This document shows positions 62,901-64,000 of a stretch of DNA of 64,000 nucleotides, one piece after another; position 1 is the stretch's first letter, and each line of letters starts with the position of its first letter. The DNA lies in the NCBI GenBank assembly GCA_964106915.2, contig OZ066917.1; one strand, written 5' to 3'. The notes beneath the pieces are model-generated. The model was not told the origin of the DNA. It saw only the letters and a list, made by a program, of their open reading frames with translations, and did not search any database. Origin of the DNA: Podarcis gaigeae (lineage: Eukaryota). The position numbers and the translations under genes are program-made.

Positions 62901-63766
62901 TATAATACATGAACTATCCTTTCCCAAAAACATATGTAATGTCATTGCCAGCAAAGCATTCTTTCAAGTGTACTGTACAGACCCTTAAGAGATAAATAAA
63001 TCTTAGAGCCGATGGGTGGGATCCAACTAATATGTCAGGGCAAGGATTTATCCTTGTGTAGCAGAACTTCACCTCCTCTCCTCTCCTTGTGCACCCCATA
63101 AATCTGTTCTAGTGATTCCTGCAACAATCCACAGCAGATCTGAGCAGGGTGAGGGGCACACACTGGGGAGGGAGGAGGTGGGGAAAGTTCTGTTGCACTA
63201 GCATAAATCCTTGCACTGACCAAACCTATTAGATGGATACTATTAAAGGTAAAGGGACCCCTGACTATTAGGTCCAGTCGTGGCCGGCTCTGGGGTTGCA
63301 GCGCTCATCTCGCTTTATTGGCTGAGGGAGCTTCCGGGTCATGTGGCCAGCATGACTAAGCCACTTCTGACAAACCAGAGCAGCGCACGGAAACGCTGTT
63401 TACCTTCCCGCCGGAGCGGTATCTATTTATCTACTTGCACTTTGACATGCTTTCGAACTGCTAGGTAGGCAGGAATAGGGACCGAGCAATGGGAACTCAC
63501 TCCGTCGTGGGGATTCGAACCACCGACCTTCTGATCAGCAAGTCCTAGGCTCTGTGGTTTAACCCACAGTGCCACCCGCGTCCATTGAATACTATTACTG
63601 CCCTGTTAATTTTTGTCCCATGAACGCAGTAGAAGTAATACTCACATTTTAAGTACTCTGATGAGACAGTATCCATCAGTAGCATGTGAGATGATAATAT
63701 TTTATAAATGTCTGAATGTTCTTGCTCTGGGAGGAAATTCAACAGGTTCTGATCCATCACGTCAGA
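35570..63766 (-). CDS. NPAS2: Neuronal PAS domain protein 2 (CLOCK paralogue); exons 6-21, 5' end outside window
   Basis: 15 exons join in frame (2034 nt to TAG at 35570-35572). [18 protein letters not shown]; [21 protein letters not shown] and [45 protein letters not shown]; coiled coil [19 protein letters not shown]. Synteny with RPL31 and TBC1D8. Confidence 0.96.
36237..36283. repeat. (GT)n microsatellite
   Basis: Pure GT run. Confidence 0.95.
36575..36669 (+). mobile_element. RTE/BovB LINE 3' end
   Basis: gcctggtgtgctctggtccatggggtcacgaagagtcggacacgact followed by (CAA)n. Confidence 0.8.
38037..38537 (+). mobile_element. Non-LTR retrotransposon 3' end (RTE-X-like ORF2 C-terminal Cys/His motif)
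   Basis: [13 protein letters not shown]...HILLHC.KY; aataaa(gatt)n tail; flanking repeat attaga(a)ctgcaa. Confidence 0.7.
38927..39140 (-). CDS. NPAS2: NPAS2 exon 20 (polyH/polyQ)
   Basis: tag|A...CAG|gtgggc; [13 protein letters not shown]...MHQHHHH(Q)13GYLQ. Confidence 0.88.
38942..38977 (-). repeat. (CAG)12 coding repeat (polyQ) in NPAS2 exon 20
   Basis: (CAC)4(CAG)12CAA. Confidence 0.95.
39483..39834 (+). mobile_element. Sauria SINE, full length
   Basis: gggatgcgggtggcgctgtgggttaaacc tRNA-like head through to ccctttaccttt tail. Confidence 0.9.
40441..40533 (-). CDS. NPAS2: NPAS2 exon 19
   Basis: tag|A...AA|gtatgt; [19 protein letters not shown]. Confidence 0.93.
40744..40986. mobile_element. 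Tigger-like MITE (different internal family)
   Basis: cagtggtacctc / gaggtatgactg ends; TA TSD. Confidence 0.8.
41543..41701 (+). mobile_element. Penelope-like retroelement fragment with minimal hammerhead motif
   Basis: ctgaagaagt.tgcatgcac..gaaagctcatac...gcagaccaacatggctacc; 15-bp flanking direct repeat aacccacaagtctgt (41528-41542, 41702-41716). Confidence 0.72.
42040..42227 (-). CDS. NPAS2: NPAS2 exon 18
   Basis: tag|GAT...AG|gtaaaa; DQKSARASQ...[12 protein letters not shown]. Confidence 0.88.
42550..42665 (+). mobile_element. RTE-like reverse transcriptase fragment
   Basis: Frameshifted DIAVI...[22 protein letters not shown]. Confidence 0.55.
42724..42918 (-). CDS. NPAS2: NPAS2 exon 17
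   Basis: cag|ATG...CAG|gtaagc; [13 protein letters not shown]...[10 protein letters not shown]. Confidence 0.9.
43455..43800 (+). mobile_element. 5' LTR (43455-43702), PBS and truncated internal start; Gypsy-like
   Basis: TG...CA ends; ATGCAAAT, TGACGTTCA, ATTGG, TATATAAG and AATAAA; tggcgacgaag PBS immediately after. Confidence 0.85.
44412..44645. mobile_element. Tigger-like MITE
   Basis: cattggaacctcggttttcga / tcaaaaaccaaggttccactg ends; TA TSD. Confidence 0.78.
45745..46115 (-). mobile_element. Sauria SINE, full length
   Basis: Tail aaaggtaagggacccctg through to head ccacagcgccacctgcgtc. Confidence 0.9.
46227..46525. mobile_element. hAT-type MITE
   Basis: caggggtggccaac / gctggacatgcctg ends; TSD gtctatcc / ctctatcc. 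Confidence 0.72.
47463..47609 (-). CDS. NPAS2: NPAS2 exon 16 (CLOCK exon-19-like coiled coil)
   Basis: cag|CTC...CAG|gttagc; [49 protein letters not shown]. Confidence 0.95.
47708..47755 (-). CDS. NPAS2: Candidate small NPAS2 exon 15 (uncertain)
   Basis: tag|GTC...CAG|gtacca; 48 nt, phase 0-0, open ([16 protein letters not shown]); weak donor and no clear homology. Confidence 0.3.
48637..48734 (-). CDS. NPAS2: NPAS2 exon 14
   Basis: tag|CC...CAG|gtaagg; [33 protein letters not shown]; phases fit neighbours. Confidence 0.82.
49093..49454 (-). mobile_element. Young Sauria SINE
   Basis: CpG-rich full-length copy; perfect 14-bp TSD ttatactggcagta (49079-49092, 49455-49468). Confidence 0.93.
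49562..49703 (-). CDS. NPAS2: NPAS2 exon 13
   Basis: aag|GAC...T|gtaagt; [18 protein letters not shown]...SSQGSHKS. Confidence 0.9.
51482..51563 (-). CDS. NPAS2: NPAS2 exon 12
   Basis: cag|T TAT...AAG|gtatga; [27 protein letters not shown]. Confidence 0.92.
52087..52344 (-). mobile_element. Solo LTR, same family as 43455
   Basis: Reverse-complement match to 43455-43702; TG...CA ends; 5-bp TSD gtaac. Confidence 0.9.
52630..52857. mobile_element. Tigger-like MITE
   Basis: cagtggtaccttgg / ccaaggtaccactg ends; TA TSD. Confidence 0.85.
53396..53543 (-). CDS. NPAS2: NPAS2 exon 11
   Basis: tag|TG...AG|gtatgg; [26 protein letters not shown]...CTHTVV. Confidence 0.96.
53858..54292. mobile_element. 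Probable GC-rich solo LTR
   Basis: Abrupt GC/CpG-rich block with TGTCA...TTACA ends; near-TSD gtata / ggata. Confidence 0.6.
54674..54780 (-). CDS. NPAS2: NPAS2 exon 10
   Basis: cag|A...T|gtgagt; [35 protein letters not shown]. Confidence 0.95.
55301..55662 (+). mobile_element. Young Sauria SINE
   Basis: Full length, same subfamily as 49093; 13-bp TSD taccttaaaaagg. Confidence 0.93.
55672..55953 (-). mobile_element. Older Sauria SINE, internally deleted
   Basis: Core and tail present, most of the tRNA region deleted; TSD tgtttctaccttaaaa (55280-55295, 55955-55970). Confidence 0.88.
56481..56563 (-). CDS. NPAS2: NPAS2 exon 9 (PAS-B)
   Basis: cag|GAA...AG|gttggt; [28 protein letters not shown]. 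Confidence 0.94.
56799..56945 (+). mobile_element. tRNA-Ile-like SINE with CR1-type tail
   Basis: tagctcagtt...tggtgctGATaacaccaagg head; tail shared with the 14441 element. Confidence 0.75.
57761..57983. mobile_element. Tigger-like MITE
   Basis: cagtggtacctcg TIRs; same family as 15174 and 33335. Confidence 0.88.
58072..58190 (-). CDS. NPAS2: NPAS2 exon 8 (GC donor)
   Basis: cag|TG...AAG|gcaagt; [10 protein letters not shown]...[17 protein letters not shown]. Confidence 0.92.
61040..61420 (-). mobile_element. L2-clade LINE 3' end (second family)
   Basis: [42 protein letters not shown] followed by a 3' UTR. Confidence 0.8.
61863..61976 (-). CDS. NPAS2: NPAS2 exon 7
   Basis: cag|CT...G|gtaagt; [32 protein letters not shown]. 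Confidence 0.95.
63246..63583 (-). mobile_element. Sauria SINE, full length
   Basis: Head and tail present; flanking repeat atactatta. Confidence 0.9.
63646..63766 (-). CDS. NPAS2: NPAS2 exon 6 (PAS-A)
   Basis: cag|TCT...T|gtgagt; [29 protein letters not shown]. Confidence 0.95.
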
Positions 63767-64000
63767 CTGTAAGTAACAAAAGTGTCCATTACAGAAATGA
63801 CCAAAATATGGTATTCCTATTCTTTGCCATCACTTCACAATTAAATAAATAAATAAATGCAAATCTACAAAAACCATGCAGTGCATTTTGGCCTGACAAT
63901 CCCATGGAACTCAAGAGAGCTCCTTTCTGAGTAGGTATGTATAATAAGTCTGCATTCTTAATTCTCAAATGTTATGTTAGGCATGCAGTTCCAGGATTTT

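Noticed and set aside
35570-63766. Calling the gene CLOCK
   Set aside because: Residues such as [32 protein letters not shown] and [15 protein letters not shown], plus RPL31/TBC1D8 synteny, indicate NPAS2.

Overview
Vertebrate genomic DNA. Sauria/POM-type SINEs point to a squamate reptile, most likely a lacertid lizard. The window holds the conserved amniote block TBC1D8 (+), RPL31 (-), NPAS2 (-). TBC1D8 has 18 coding exons at 1231-24741, with its first two exons upstream of the window. RPL31 is complete: a 5'TOP non-coding exon 1 in a CpG island plus 4 coding exons, 125 aa. NPAS2 has 15 clear coding exons at 63766-35570, with its 5' exons beyond the window end. All exon chains were read by hand and join in frame; exon numbers are borrowed from the human orthologues. 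Introns carry Sauria SINEs, tRNA/CR1 SINEs, L2/CR1/RTE/Penelope fragments, Tc1/Mariner and hAT MITEs, and LTRs. No prokaryotic-type system or new multi-gene system is supportable. The most notable observations are: (1) a diverged copy of TBC1D8 exon 8 plus intron lying antisense in RPL31 intron 1, next to its splice acceptor; (2) two same-family LTRs inverted around NPAS2 exons 12-16, one giving a sense promoter/polyA signal just after the PAS-B exons; (3) a nested tail-to-tail SINE pair; (4) a His-to-Pro change in the conserved PAS-B FLDHR motif; (5) a GC donor, a stop-introducing alternative donor and a missing or shrunken exon 15 in NPAS2; (6) Penelope-type minimal hammerhead remnants.
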